Shown: positions 42,901 through 57,900 of the stretch, one piece after another
Layout: each line of letters starts with the position of its first letter
Numbering within the stretch: the first letter of the stretch is position 1
DNA from: the human T2T-CHM13v2.0 reference genome, Homo sapiens
NCBI RefSeq assembly: GCF_009914755.1
Contig: NC_060938.1
Reading direction: 5' to 3' (one strand)
DNA length: 64,000 nt
Notes under the pieces: generated by a model
What the model saw: only the letters and a program-made list of their open reading frames with translations
What the model was told of the DNA's origin: nothing
The model's database searches: none
Made by a program: the position numbers and the translations under genes

Positions 42901-45900
42901 GACAAGCAAAGGGAACCAAGCTGCTGTGTTCTGGAAACTTTTGTGAGAGAAAAACATTCAGACTCTCGTAGCAGTGTTCTGGAATCCCATGTTTGGGACA
43001 AACACTCAGAACACAGCAGCAATGTTCTGGAATCCCACTTGAGGGACAAACACTCAGAATCCAGCAGCAGTGTTCTAGAATCCTTTGTGAGGGAGAAACC
43101 TTCAGACACTGGAAGCAGTGTTCTGGAAACATATGTGAGGGAGAAACACTCAGAACCCAGCAGCAGTTCTCTGTAATGTTTCTTGAGGGACAAACAAACA
43201 GAACGCAGAAGCAGTGTTCTGGAATCCTACGTGACGGACTAACACTTAAAAACCAGCAGCAGTGTTCTGGAAAGCTTTGTGAGGGACAAACATTCAGAAT
43301 CTCCTAGCAGTGTTCTGGAATCCTATGTGAGGGACAAACACTCTTAACCCAGCAGCAGTGTTCTGGAATCCCATGTGAGGGACAAACACTCAGAACCCAG
43401 AAGCAGTGTTCTGGAATCCTACGTGACGAACTAACACTTAGAAACCAGCAGCAGTGTTCTGGAAAGCTTTGTGAGGGACAAACATTCAGAATCTCATAGC
43501 AGTGTTCTGGAATCCTATGTGAGGGACAAACACTCTTAACCCAGCAGCAGTGTTCTGGAATCCCATGTGAGGAACAAGCTCTCAAAACCCCACAGCGGTG
43601 TCCTGGAATCCTATGTGAGTGACAAACACTCAGAACCCAGCAGCGGTGTTCTGGAATCCTTTGTGAGGGACAAACATTCATATCTTTGAAGCAGTGTTCT
43701 GGAATCCAATATAAGGGCAAACACTCAGATCCCAGCAGCAGTGTTCTAGAATCCTTTGTGAAGGAGAAATTTTCAGACACTCGAAGCAGTGTTCTGGAAA
43801 CCTATGTGAGGGAGATACACTCAGAACCCAGCAGCAGTTCTCTGTAATCCTTCTTGAGGGACAAACAAACAGAACCCAACAGCAGTGTTCTGGAATCCTA
43901 CGTGAGTGACTAAGACTTAGAAACCAGCAGCAGTGTTCTGGAATCCTTTGTGAGGGACAAACATTCACAACCTCGTAACAGTGTTCTGGAATCCTATGTG
44001 AGAGACAAACACTCTTAACCCAGCTGCAGTGTTCTGGAATCCTATGTGAGGAACAAACTCTCAAAACCTGGCAGCGGTGTTCTGGAATCCTATGTGAGTG
44101 ACAAACACTCAGAAACCAGCAGCAGTGTTCTAGAATCCTTTGTGAGGGACAAACATTCAGACCTTTGAAGCAGTGTTCTGGAACCCTATGTGAGGGACAA
44201 ACACTCAGATCCCAGCAGCAGTGTTCTGGATTCCTATGTGAGGGAGAAACAGTCAGAACCCAGCCACTGTGTTCTGGAATCCTATCTGAGGGACACACAT
44301 TCAGGCACTCTTAGAAGTGTTCTGGAATTCTATGTGAGGGACAAACACTCAAAAACCAGCAGCGGTGCTCTGGAATCCTTTGTGAGGGACAAACAAACAG
44401 AACCAAGCAGCAGTGTTCTGGAATCTTTTGTGAGGGAAAAACATTCAGATTCTCGTGGCAGTGTTCTGGAAACCCATGTGAGGGACAAACACTAAGAACC
44501 TAGCAGCGATGTTCTGGAATCCCACTTGAGGGACAAACAATTAGAACCCAGCAGCAGTGCTCTAGAATCCTTTGTTAGGGACAAAACTTCAGACACTTGA
44601 AGCAGTGTTCTGGAAACCTAAGTGAGGGATAAACACTGAGAGCCCAGCAGTAGTTCTCTGTAATCCTTCTTGAGAGACAAACAAACAGAACTCAGCAGCA
44701 GTGTTCTGGAGTCCTCTGTGAGGACAAACACTCAGAAAACAGTAACAGTGTTCTGGAATGCTTTGTAAGGGACAAACATTCAGAACCTCGTAGTAGTGTT
44801 CTGAAATCCTGTGTGAGGTACAAACACTCTTAGCCCAGCAGCAGTGTTATAGAATCCCATGTGATGGACAAACTTTTGGAACTCAGCAGCCATGTTCTGG
44901 AATCCTATGTGAGTGACCAACACTCACAACCCAGCAGCAGTTTTCTAGAATCCTTCCTGAGGGACAAACATTCAGACCCTTGAATCAGTGTTCTGGAATC
45001 CTACGTGAGGGTCAAACACTCAAAACCCAGCAGCAGTGTTCTGGATTCCTATGTGAGGGAGAAACAATCAGAACCCAACCACTGTGTTCTGGAATACTAC
45101 CTGAGGGACACACATTCAGACACTCTTAGAAGTGTTCTGGAATTCTATGTGAGAAACATTGAGAAACCAGCAGAAGTGCTCTGGAATCTTTTCTGAGGGA
45201 CAAACCAACAGAACCCAGCAGCAGTGTCCTGGAATCCTTTGTGAGGGAAAAACATTCTGACCCTCGTAGGAGTGTTCTGGTATCCTATGTGAGGAACAAG
45301 CACTCAGAACCTAAGAGCATTGTTCTGGAATCCCATGTGAGGGACAAACACTCAGAACCCAGCAACAGTGTACAAGAATCCTTTGTGAGGGACAAACTTT
45401 CAGACACTCGAAGCACTGTTCTGGAATCCTATGTAAGGGACAAACACTAAGAACTCAGTCGCAGTGTTCTGGCATCCTACGTGTGGGACTAACACTCAGA
45501 ACCCAGCAGCAGTTTTCTGGAATCCTCAGTGAGGGACAAACACTCAGAACATAACAGCAATGTTCTAGAATTCTATTTGAGGGACAAACACTCAAAACCC
45601 AGCAACAGTGTTCTGGAAACCTAAGTGAGGGACAAACACACAGAACCCACCAGCATTGTTCTGGAATCCTATGTGAGGGACAAACAGTCAGAACCCCGCC
45701 ACTGTGTTCTGCAATCCTATCTGCGGGATAAATATTCAAACACGTGTAGAAGTGTTCTGGAATCCTACGTGAGTGACAAACACTCAGAAACCAGCAGTGT
45801 TGTTCTGGTATACTTTGTGAGGGACAAAAAAACAGAACCAAGCAGCAGTGCTCTGTAATTCTTTTTGAGGGAAAACATTCAAACCCTCATAGCAGTGTTC

Positions 45901-48900
45901 CCGAATCCTGTGTGAGGGACAAACACTCAGGACACAGCAGCAGTGTTCTGGAATCCTATGTGAGTGACACACATTCACAACTTCGAAGCATTGTACTGGA
46001 ATCCTATGTGAGGGACAAACACTCAGATCCCAACCACTGTGTTTTGGAAAACTACCTGAGGGGCAAATATTCAGACCCTCGTAGAAGTGTTCTGGAATCC
46101 TATGTGAGGGACAAACACTAAGAAACCAGCAGCAGTGCTCTGGAATCCTTTGAGAGGGACAAAAAATAAATAAATAAACAAAACAGAAGGAAGCAGCAGT
46201 TCTCTGGAATCTTTGTGAGGGAAAAATATTCAGACCCTCGTAGTAGTGTTATGGAATCCTATGTGAGGGACACACATTCTGAACCCAGCAGCAGTGTTTT
46301 GGAATCCCTTGCAGGGGACAAACACTCAGAAACCACAAGCAGTTTTCTGGAATCCTATGTGAGGGACAAACTCTAAAAATCCAGCAGCAGTGTTCTGGAA
46401 TTGTTTGTGTGGGACAAACTTTCAGAACCTCGTAGCAGTGTTCTGGAAACCTATGTGAGGGACAAACACTCTTAACATAGCAGCGGTGTTCACGAATCTC
46501 ATGTGAGGGACAAACACTGAGAACCCAGCAGCCGTGTTTGGGAATCCTAAGTGAGAGACAACCACTCAGAAACCAGCAGCAGTGTTCTAGAATCTTTTCT
46601 GAGGGAAAAACATTCAGACCCTCGTAGCAGAGTTCTGGAATCCTAAGTGAGGGAGAAACACTCAGAACCCAGCAGAAGCCTTCTGGAATCCTTTGTGAGG
46701 GACAAACATTCAGAACCTCGCAGTAGTGTTCTGGAATCCTATGTGAGGCACAGACACTCTTAAACCACAGCAGTGTTTTGGAATACCATCTGAGGGACAA
46801 GCACTAGGAACCTAGCAGCCATATTCTGGCATCCTATGTGAGTGACAAACACTCAGAACCCAGCAGAAGTGTTCTAGAATCCTTTGTGTGGGACAAACAT
46901 TCAGACACGAAGTAATTTTCTGGAATTATATGTGAAGGGCAAACACTCAGAACCCAGCAGTAGTGTCCTGGAATTCTTTGTGATGGACAAACATTCACGC
47001 CCTCATAGCAGTGTTCTGGAATCCTATGTGAGGGACAAACACTCAGAACCCAGTAGCAGTGTTCTGGAATCCTTAGTGAGGGACAAACGCTCAGAACCCA
47101 TCAGCAGTGTTATGGAATCCTACGTGAGGGACAAACACTCAGTACCCACCAGCAGTGTTCTGGAATTCTATGTGAGGGACAAACACTCAGAACCCAGCAG
47201 AAGCCTTCTAGAATCCTAGGTGAGGGACAAACACTCAGAACCCAGCAGCAGTGTTGTGGAATCATATGTGAGTGACAAACATTCAGAACTTTGTAGCAGT
47301 GTTCTGGAATCCTATGTGTGGGACAAACACTCAGAACCCAGCCACTGTATTCTGGAATCCTATCTGAGGGACAAACATTTAGACATTCGTAGAGGTTTTC
47401 TGGAATCCTATGTGAGGGACACACAATCAGAAACCAACAGAGGTGTTCTGGAATCCTTTGTGACGGACAAACAAACAGAATACAGCAGCAGTGTTTTGGA
47501 ATCCTACGTGAGGGACAAACATTTATAACCTCCTGGAAGTGTTCTGGAATTGTATGTGAGGGACAAACACTCAGAACGTCGCAGCAGTGTTCTGGAATCA
47601 CATGTGAGTGATAAACACCCAGAACCCAGCAGCAGGTTTCTAGAATCCTTTGGGAGTGACAAACACTCAGACCCTCAAAGCACTGTTCTGGAATCATACT
47701 TGAGAGACAATCACTCGGAAACAAGCAGCAGTGTTCTGGAATCATTTCTGACAGACAAACATTCAGACCCTCGTAGCACTGTTCTGGCATCTTATGTTAG
47801 GGACAAACACTCAGAACTCAGCAGACGTGTTCTGCTATCCTATATGAAGGAAAAGCACTCAGAACACAGCAGCAGTGTTCTGGAATCCTATGTGAGGGAC
47901 AAACACCCAGAACGCAGCAGCAGTGTTCTGGAATCCTATGTGAGGGACAAATACTCAGAACCCAGCCACTGTGTTCTGGAATCCTATGTGAGGCAAAACT
48001 ATTCAGACACTCATAGAAGTGTTCTGGAATCCTCTGGGAAGGACAAACACTCAGAAACCAGCAGAGATGCTCTAGAATCCTTTGAGAGGGACACGTAAAC
48101 AGAACATAGCAGCAGTGTTCTGGAAACCTTTCTGAGGGAAAAACATTCAGACTCTCACAGGAGAGTTCTGCAATCCTATCTGATGGACAAACACTCAGAA
48201 CCCATCAGCAATGTTCTGGAATAACATGTGAGAGAAAAACACTCAGAACCCAGCAGTAGTGTTCTAGACTCCTTTGTGAGGGACAAACCCGCAGACACTC
48301 GAAGCAGTGTTCTGGAATCCTATGTGAGGGACAAACACTCAGAACCCAGAAGCAGTGCTCTGTAATCCTTTGTGAGGGAAAAACAGACAGAACCCAGCAG
48401 CAGTGGTCTGCAATCCTATGTGAGGGCAAACACTCAGAACCCAGCAACAGTGTTCTGGAATCCTTTGTGAGTGACAAACTTTCTCAACCTCATAGCAGTG
48501 TTCCGGAACGCTATGTGAGAGACAAACACTCTTAACCGACCAGCAGTGTTCTGTAATTCCTATGTGAAGGACAAACACTCAGAACCCAGCAGCCGTGTTC
48601 TGGAATCGTATGTGAGTGTCAAACACTGAGAACCCAGCAGCAGTGTTCTGGAATCCTTTGTGAGGGACAAATATTCAGACACTAGAAGCAGTGTTGTGGA
48701 ATCCTATGTGAACGACAAACACTCAGAATCCTACAGAAGTGTCCTGGAATCCTTTGTGTTGGACAAACATTCAGAAACTCGTAGCAGAGTTCTGGAATCC
48801 TATGTGAGGGACAAACACTGAGAACCCAGTAGCAGTGTTCTGGAATCCTTAGTGAGGAACAAACACTCAGAATCCAGCAGCACTGTTCTGGAATGCTCGT

Positions 48901-51900
48901 TGAGGGACAAACACTCAGAACCCAACAGCAATGCTCTTGAATTCTATGTGAGGGACAAACACTCAGAACCCATCAGCAGTGTTCTGGAATCCTACATGAT
49001 GGACAAACACTCTGAACCCAGCAGCAGTGTTCTGGCATCCTATGTGAGGGACAAACACTCAGAACCCAGCCACCGTGTTCTGGAATCCTATCTGTCTGAT
49101 AAATATTCAGACACTCATAGAAATGTTCTGGAATCCTAAGTGATGGAGAAACACTCAGAAATCAGCAGCAGTCCTCTGGAATCCTTTGTGAAGGATAAAC
49201 AAAGAGAACCCACCAGCAGTGTTCTGGAATCTTTCTGAGTGAAAAACATTCAGAACCTAGTAGCAGTGGTCTGGAATCCAATGTGAGGGAGAAACACTCA
49301 GAACCCAGCAGCAGTGTGCTGGAATTCATAGTGAGGGACAAATATTCACAACCTCGTAGCAGTGTTCTGGAATCCTATGTGAGACACAAGCACTTTTAAC
49401 CCACCAGCAGTTTTTTGGAATCACATGTGGGGGACAAACACTCAGAACCCAGTAGCAGTGTTCTAGAATCCTCTGTGAGGGACAAACATTCAGACATTCG
49501 AAGCAGTTTTCTGGAATCCTATGTGAGGGGCAAACAATCAGAAACCAGCAGCAGTGTTCTGGAATCCTTTGTGATGGACACACATTCAGACCCTTGTAGC
49601 AGTGTTCTGGAATCCATTCTGAGGGACAAACACACAGAAACCAGCAGCAGTGTTCCGGAATCCTTTGTGATGGACAAACACTCAGAACGCAGTAGCAGTG
49701 TTCTGGAATCATAGGTGATGGACAAACACTGAGAACACAGCAGCAGTGTTCTGGAATTCTGTGTGAGGGAAAAACATTCAGAACCCAGCTGCAGTGTTCT
49801 GGAATCCTATGAGAGCGACAAACCTTCAGAACTTCATAACAGTGTTCTGGAATCCTATGTGGGAGACAAACACTCAGAACCCAGCCACTGTTTTCTGGGA
49901 TCCTACTTGAGGGACAAACATTCAGACACTAGTAGAGGTTTTCTGGAATCCTATGTGAGGGACAAACACTCAGAACCCAGCAGCAGTATTGTGGAATTCT
50001 ATATGACGGACAACCACTCAGAACCCAGTGGCAGTGTTCTGGAATCCCATGTAAGGGACAAACACTCAGAACCCAGCAGCAGTGTTCTGGAATCCTTTGT
50101 GCAGGACAAACACTCAGAACCCAGCCAATGTGTTCTGGAATCCTATCAGAGGGACAAACATTCAGACACTTGTAGAAGTGTTCTGGAATCCTATGTGAGG
50201 AAGAAACACTCAGAAACAAGCAGCGGTGCCCTGGAATTATTTGTGAGGAAAAAACAGAACCCAGCAGCAGCGTTCTGGAATCCTATGTGATGGAAAAACT
50301 TTCAGAAACCAGCAGGAGTGTTCTGGAATCTTCTGTGAGGGACAAACAATGAGAACCACGTATCAGTGCTCTGGAATCCTATGTGAGGGACAAACATTCT
50401 TAACCCGGCTTCAGTGTTCTAGAATCTCATGTGACGGACTGAAACTCAGAACCCAGCAGCCGTGTTCTGGAATCCTATGTCAGTGATCAACACTCAGAAA
50501 CCAGCAACAGTTTTCTCGAATCCTTTGTGACGGACAAACATTCATACACTAGGAGAAGTGTTCTGGAATCCTATGTGAGGGACAAACACTCAGAAACTAG
50601 CAGCGGTTCTCGGCAATACTTTGTGAGAGACAAACATAACCCAGCAGCAGTGTTCTGAAATCCTTTGTGAGGATAAAACATTCAAAACCTCTCACCAGTG
50701 TTCTGGAATCCTATGAGAGGGCCAAACATTCAGAACCCAGCAGCAGTGTTCTGGAATCCCATGTGAGGGACAAATACTCAGAATCCAGCAGCAGTGTTCT
50801 AAAATCCTTTGTGAGGGACAAACCTTCAGACACTCGAAGGAGTGTTCTGGAATCCCATGTGAGGGACAAACACTCAGTAACCAGCAGCAGTGCTCTGTAA
50901 TCTTTTGTGTGGGAAAAACAGAACCCAGCAGCTGTGTTCTGGATTCGTATGTGAGGGACAAACTCTGAGAATCCAGCAGCAGTGTTGTGGGATCGTTTTT
51001 GAGGGGCAAACATTCAGAATCTTGTAGCAGTGTTCTGGAATCCTATGTGAAGGACAAACACACTGAAACTAGCAGCAGTGTTCTGGTATCCTGTGTGAGG
51101 GACAAATACTCAGAACCCAGCAACTGTGTTCTGGAATCCCATGTGAGGGACAAGCACTCAAACCTAGAAACACTGTTCTGGAATCCTATGTGAGGGACGA
51201 ACATTCAGACCCTTGAAACAGTGTTCTGGAATCCTTTGTGAGGGACAAACACTCAGAACCCAGCAGCAGTGTTGTGGAATCCTATGTGAGTGACAAACAC
51301 TCAGAACCCGTCAACATTGTTCTGGAATCCTATGTAAAGGACAAACAGTCAGAACCCAGCAACAATCCTCTGTAATCCTTTGTGAGGGACAAACACACAG
51401 AACCCAGCAGCAGTGTTCTTGAATCCTTTGTGAGGGAAAAACATTCAGACCTTCGAAGCAGTGTTCTGGAGTCCTATGTGAGGGAAAAACACTCAGAACC
51501 CAGCAACATTGTTCTGGAATCCTATGTGAGGGACAAACACTCAGAACCCAGCAGCAATGTTCTGGAATCCTATGTGAGGGACAAACATTCAGAAGTTCTT
51601 AGGAGTGTTCTGGAATCCAATGTGAGGGACAAACACTCAGAACCCAGCTGCAGTGTTCTTCAATCCTATGTGAAGGACAAACACTCAGAACCCAGCAGCA
51701 GTGTTCTGGAATGCTATGTGAGTGTCAAACACTCAGAACCCAGCAGCAGTGTTCTGGAATCCTTTGTGAGGGACAAGCATTCAGAACCTCATACCAGTGT
51801 TCAGCAATCGTATGTAAGGGACAACTGTGAACCGAGCAGCAGCAGTGTTTTTGAGTCCCATGTGAGGGACAAACACTCCGAAATCCGCAGCTGTGTTCTG

Positions 51901-54900
51901 GAATCCTACGTGAGGGACAAACACTCGGAACCCTGCAACAGTGTTCTGGATTCATTTGTCACGGACAAACATTCAGACTGTCGTAGCAGTGTGGTGGTAT
52001 CCTATTTGAAGGACAAACCTTCAGAAACCAGAAGCAGTGCTCTGGATTGCCTTGTGAGGTACAAACAAGCAGAACCCAGCAGCAGATTTCTGGAATCCTT
52101 TGTGAAGGACAATCATTCAAACCCTCGGAGCATTGTTGTGGAATCCAATGTGAGGGACAAAAGCTCAGAAACCTGCAGCAGTGTTCTGGAATCCTATGTG
52201 AGGGACAAGCTTTCAGACCCTCATAGCACTGTTTTGGAATGCTCTGTGAAGGACAGATATTCAGACCCTCGTAGCAGGATTCTAGAATCGTATGTGAGCC
52301 ACAGGCCATCAGAACCCTGCATGTGTGTTCTGGAATTCTACGTGAGGGACAATCCCTCAGAACATTGCAGCAGTTTTCTGGATTCCTATGTGAGGGACAG
52401 ACACTCAGAACCCTGCAGTAGTGTTCTGGAATCCTATGTGATTGATAAACATTAAAAACACAGCAGCAGTGTTCTTGTATCCCACATGATGCACAAACAC
52501 ACAGAACCCTGACAAAGTGTCCTGGAATCCTAAGTGAGTGATAAACACTCACAACCCAGCAGCAGTGTTCTGGAATCCTTTGTGAGGGACTAACATTCAG
52601 ACCCTCCTAGCAGTGTTCTGGAATTATATGTGAGGGTCATACACAGAAACCAGCAGCAGTGTTCTGGAATCCTATGTGAAGGACGAATAGCAAGAACCCA
52701 GCAACTGTTTGGGAATTTTATGTGGGGGACAAACCCTCAGAAAGAAGCAGCAGTGTTATAAAATCCTTTGTGAGGACAAACATTCAGACACTCATAGCAC
52801 TGTCCTGTAATGCTATATGAGGGAAAAACATTCAGACCCTCGTATCAGTGTTCTGAAATCCTATGTGAGGGACAAACACTCAGAAAACAGCAGCAGTGTT
52901 CTGGAATCCTATGTGAGGGACAAACACTCAGAACCCAGCCGCAGTGTAAGGGAATTCTACGTGAGGGACAAATATTCAGACACTCAGAACACTGTTTTGG
53001 AATCCTAAGTGAGGGACAAACACTCAGAACCCCGCAGCAGTGTTTTGGAATCCTATGTGAGGGACAATAATTGAGAACCTCAAAGCACTGTTCTGGAGTG
53101 CTCTGTGAGGGACAAACATTCAGACCCTCGTAGCAGTATTCTGTAATCCTATGTGAGGCACAAACCCTCAGAACTCAGCAGCAGTGTTCTTGAATTCTAT
53201 GTGAGGGACAAACCCTCAGAAACTAGCAGCAGTATTCTGGAATCCCATGTGAGGGACCAATACTCAGAACCCTGCAGCAGTGTTCTGGAATGCTATGTGA
53301 GGGACAAACACAAAAAACCCAGCAGCAGTGTTCTGGTTTCCTATATGAGGGACAAACTTTCAGAACCCAGCAGAATTGTTCTGGAATCCTATGTGAGGGA
53401 CAAACACTCACAAACCAGCAGCAGTGTTTTGGAATCCTATGTGAGGGACAAACATTCAGACTCTCGGAGCAGTGTTCTGGAATCCTATGTGAAGGACAAA
53501 CACTCAGAACCCAGTATCAGTGCTCTGGAATCCTATGTGAGAGACAAGGATTCAGACACTCGTAGCAGTAATACAGAATGCCTTCTGAGGAACAAACTTT
53601 GAGACCATCCCAGCATTGTTCTGGAATCGTAGGTGAGGGACAACCATTCAGAACCCAGCAGTGTTCCGGAATCCTTGGTGAGGAAAAAACTTTCAGACCC
53701 TCCAAGCAGAGTTCTGGAATCCTATGTTTGGGACAAACACTCAGAACATAGCAACTGTGTTCTGCAATCCGATGTGAGGGACAAACATTGAGAACCCACT
53801 AGCGGTGCTCTGGAATCCGTTGTGACCGACAAACTTACTGACCCTTGTAGCAGTGTTTCAGAATCCCATGTGTTGGAGAAACCCTCAGAACACAGCAGGA
53901 GAGTTCTAGAATTCTAGTGAGGGACAAACCCTCAGAAACTAGCAGCAGTATTCTGCAATCCTATGTGAGGGACAAACGCTCTGAACACAGCAGCAGTGTT
54001 CTGGAACTCGTTGACAGAGACAAGCTCTCAGATCCCAGCACCAGTTTTCTGGAATCCTATGTGAGGGAAAATCACTCTGAACTCAGCAGCAGTGTTCTGG
54101 AATCCCAAGTTAGGGACAAACACTCAGAACCCAGCAGCATTGTTCTGGAATCCTATGTGAGTGACAAACCCTAAGAAACCAGAAGCAGTGTTCTAGAATC
54201 CTCTGTGAGGGACAAATATTCAGAAAAACGAAGGAGGGTTGTGGAATCCTATGTGAGAGACAACCATTCAGATCCCAGCAGCAGTGTTCTGGAATCCTTT
54301 GGATGGACAAACATTCAGACCCCAGTAGCAGTTTCCTAGAATCCTATGTGAGTCGCAAACCTTCAGAAGCCAGCAGCAGTGTTCTGAAATCGTATGTGAG
54401 CAACAAACTTTCAGATATTAGTAGCAGTATTCTGGAATCCTATGTGGGGGACAAACGTTCAGAACCCAGCCAGTGTGTTCTGGAATCCTATCTGAGGGAC
54501 AAACATTCAGACAGTCGTAGAAGTATTCTGGAATCCAAACTGAGGGACAAACACTCAGAAACCAGAAGCAGTGCTCAGGAATCCTTTGTGAGGAACAAAC
54601 ATACAAAACTCAGCAGCTGTGTTTTGGAATTCTATGTCAGCCTCAAACACTCAGAAAACAGCAGTATTGTTCTGGATTCCTAAGAGAGGGACAAACACTC
54701 AGAACCCAGCAGCAGTGTTCTGGAATCCTAGGTGAGTGACAAACACTCAGAACCCAATAACAGTGTGCTGGAATCCTATTTGAGGGACAAACACTCAGAA
54801 CCCAACAGCAGTGTGCTGGAATCCTATGTGAGGGACAAACACTCAGAACCAAGCAGGAGTGTTCTAGAATCCTTTGTGAGGCACAAACACTCAGAACCCA

Positions 54901-57900
54901 GCAGCAGTGTTCTGGAATCCTTTATGAGGGACAAATGTTCAGAACCTCATGGCAGTGTTTTGGAATCCTATGTGAGTGAAAAACACTCAGAACCCAGCAG
55001 CAGTGTTCTAGAATCCGTTGTGAGGGAAAAACCTTCAGAACCTTGAAGCAGTGTTCTGGAATCGTATATGACGGACAAACACTCAGAACCCAGCAGCAGC
55101 GTTCTGGAATCCTATTGAGGGACAAACACTAAGTTTTCATCCCCTGTGTTCTCGAATACTATGTGAGGGACAAACATTCAGTCACTCAAAGAAGTGTTCT
55201 GGAATACTATGTGAGGGACAAACACTCAAAAACCAACAACAGTGCTCTGGATTCATTTGTGGGGGACAAACACTCAGTACCCAACAGAAGTGTCCTCCAA
55301 TCCTTTGTGAGGGACAAACACTCAGAACCCAGCAGCAGTGTTCAGGAATCCTTTGTGATGGGCAAACATTCAGACCCTCGTAGCCGTGTTCTCGAATCCT
55401 ATGTGAGGGAAAAACAACAAGAACTCAGCAGCAGTGTTGTGGAATCCTATGTGAGGAAAAAACACTCAGAACACAGCAGCAGTGTCTTGGAATACCGTGT
55501 GATCAACAAAGATTCATAACTTCATAGCCATGTTCTGGAATCCTTTATGAGTGAAAAACACTCAGAACCCAGAAGCAGTGTTCTAGAATCCTTTATGAGA
55601 GACAAAGTTTCAGACCCTCGAAGCAGTGTTCTGGAATCGTATCTGAGTGACAAGCACTCAGAATCCAGCAGCTGGGTTCTGGAATCCTATGTGAGTGACA
55701 AACACTCAGAGCCCAGCAGCAGTGTTTTGGAATCCTATGCAAGGGACAAACACTCAGAACCCAGCCACTGTGTTCCAGAATCCTGTCTGAGTGACAAACA
55801 TTCGAACACTCGTAGAAGTGTTCTGTAATCCTATGTGAGGGACAAACACTCGGATACCAGCAGCAGTGATCTGGAATCATTCAGGAGTGACAAACACTCA
55901 GAACACAGCAGCACTGTTCTGGAATCCTTTCTTAGGGACAAACATTCAGAATTTCGTAGCAGTGTTATGCAATCCTAAGTGAGGGACAAACACTAAGAAC
56001 CCAGCAGCAGTGTTGTGGAATCATTTGTGACGGACAAATATTCATATCCTCAAAGCATTGTTCTGGAATCCTTTGTTAGGGACAAACATTCAGACACTCA
56101 TAGCAGTGTTCTGTAATCGTAAGTGAGGGACAAACACTCAGAAACCTGCAGCAGTGTTCTGGAATCATATGTGAGGAAAAACACGCAGAAATCAGTAGCA
56201 GTGTTCTGGAATCCTATGTGAGCGACAAACACTAAGTACCCAGCAGCAGTGTTCTGGAATCCTATGTGAGGCACAAACCCTCAGAACCAAGCCACTGTGT
56301 TCTGGAATCTTACCTGAGGGACAATATTCAGACACTCGTAGAAGTGTTCTGGTAGCCTATGTGAGGGAGAAACACTCAGAAACCAGCAGCTGTGTTATGG
56401 AAACATTTGTGAGGGACAAATAAACAGAACCGAGAAGCAGAGTTCTGGAATCCTTTGTGAGGTAAATATATAAAGACCCTCGTAGCAATGTTCTGGAATG
56501 CTGTGTGAGAAACACACACTCAGAGACGACAGCAGTGTTCCGGACTACTATGTGAGGGACAGACCCTCAATTCCCAGCAGTAGTGATGTGAAATCCTATG
56601 TGAGCGACAAACATTCAGAACTTCGTAGCAGTGTTCTGGAATCCTATGTGGGGGACAAACACTCAGAACCCAGCCACTGTGTTCTGGAATCCTATCTGAG
56701 GGACAAACTTTCAGACACTCGTAGGAGTCTCTGGAATCCTATGTGAGGAACAAACACTCAGAACCCAGCAGCAGTGTTCAGTAATCGTTTGTGAGGGACA
56801 AACATTCAGAACCTCAAAGCAGTGTTCTGGAATATTATGTGAGGGCCACTCAGAACCCAGCAGCAGTGTTCAGTAATCGTTTGTGAGGGACAAACATTCA
56901 GAACCTCAAAGCAGTGTTCTGGATTATTATGTGAGGGCCAAACACTCTGAACCCAGCAGCAGTGTTCTGGAATCCCATGTGAGGGACAAACACTCAGAAC
57001 CCAGCAGCAGTGTTCTGGAATACTTTCTGAGGGACCAACATTCAGAATCTTATAGCACTGTTCTGGAATCCTAAGTGAGAGACAAACACTCAGAACCCAG
57101 GAGCAGTGTTCTGGAATCCTATTGAGGGACAAACACTCAAAACCCAGAAGCAGTGTTCTAGAATCCTTCATGAGGGACAAACATTCATATCCTCAAAGCA
57201 GTGTTCTGGAATCCTATGTGAGGGACAAAAACTCAGAACCCAGCAGCAGTGTTCTGGAAACTTTGGATTAGACCAACATTCAGACCCTCGTACCAGTGTT
57301 TTGGAATCCTATGGGATAGACAAACACTCAGAACCCAGACACTGTGTTCTGGAATCCTATGTGAGGGACAAACACTCAGAATTCAGCACCATGCTCTGCA
57401 ATCCTTTGTGAGGGACAAACACTCAGAATGCAGTAGCAGTTTTCTGGAATCCTTTGTGAGGGGCAAATATTCAGACCCTCTTTGCTGTGTTCTGGAATCC
57501 TATGTGAGGGACAAATACTAAGGAACCAGCAGAAGTGTTCTAGAATCCTCATTGAGGGAAAAAAATTCAGAACATCGAAGCAGAGTTCTGAAATCCTATG
57601 TGAGGGACAAACACTCAGATCCCAGCATCATTGTTCTGGAATCCTTTGTGATGGACAAACATTCAGAACCTCGTAGCACTTTTCTGGAATCCTATGTGAG
57701 TGACAAACATTCAGAACCAAGCATCAGTGTTCTGAAATCGTATGTGAGTGACAAACATTCAGATATAAGTAGCAGTATTCTGGAATCCTATGTGGAGGAC
57801 AAATAGTCACATTCCAGCCACTGTGTTCTGGAATCCTGAGGACCAAACATTCAGGCACTCGTAGAATTGTTCTGGAATCCTATGTGAGGAGGAAACACTC

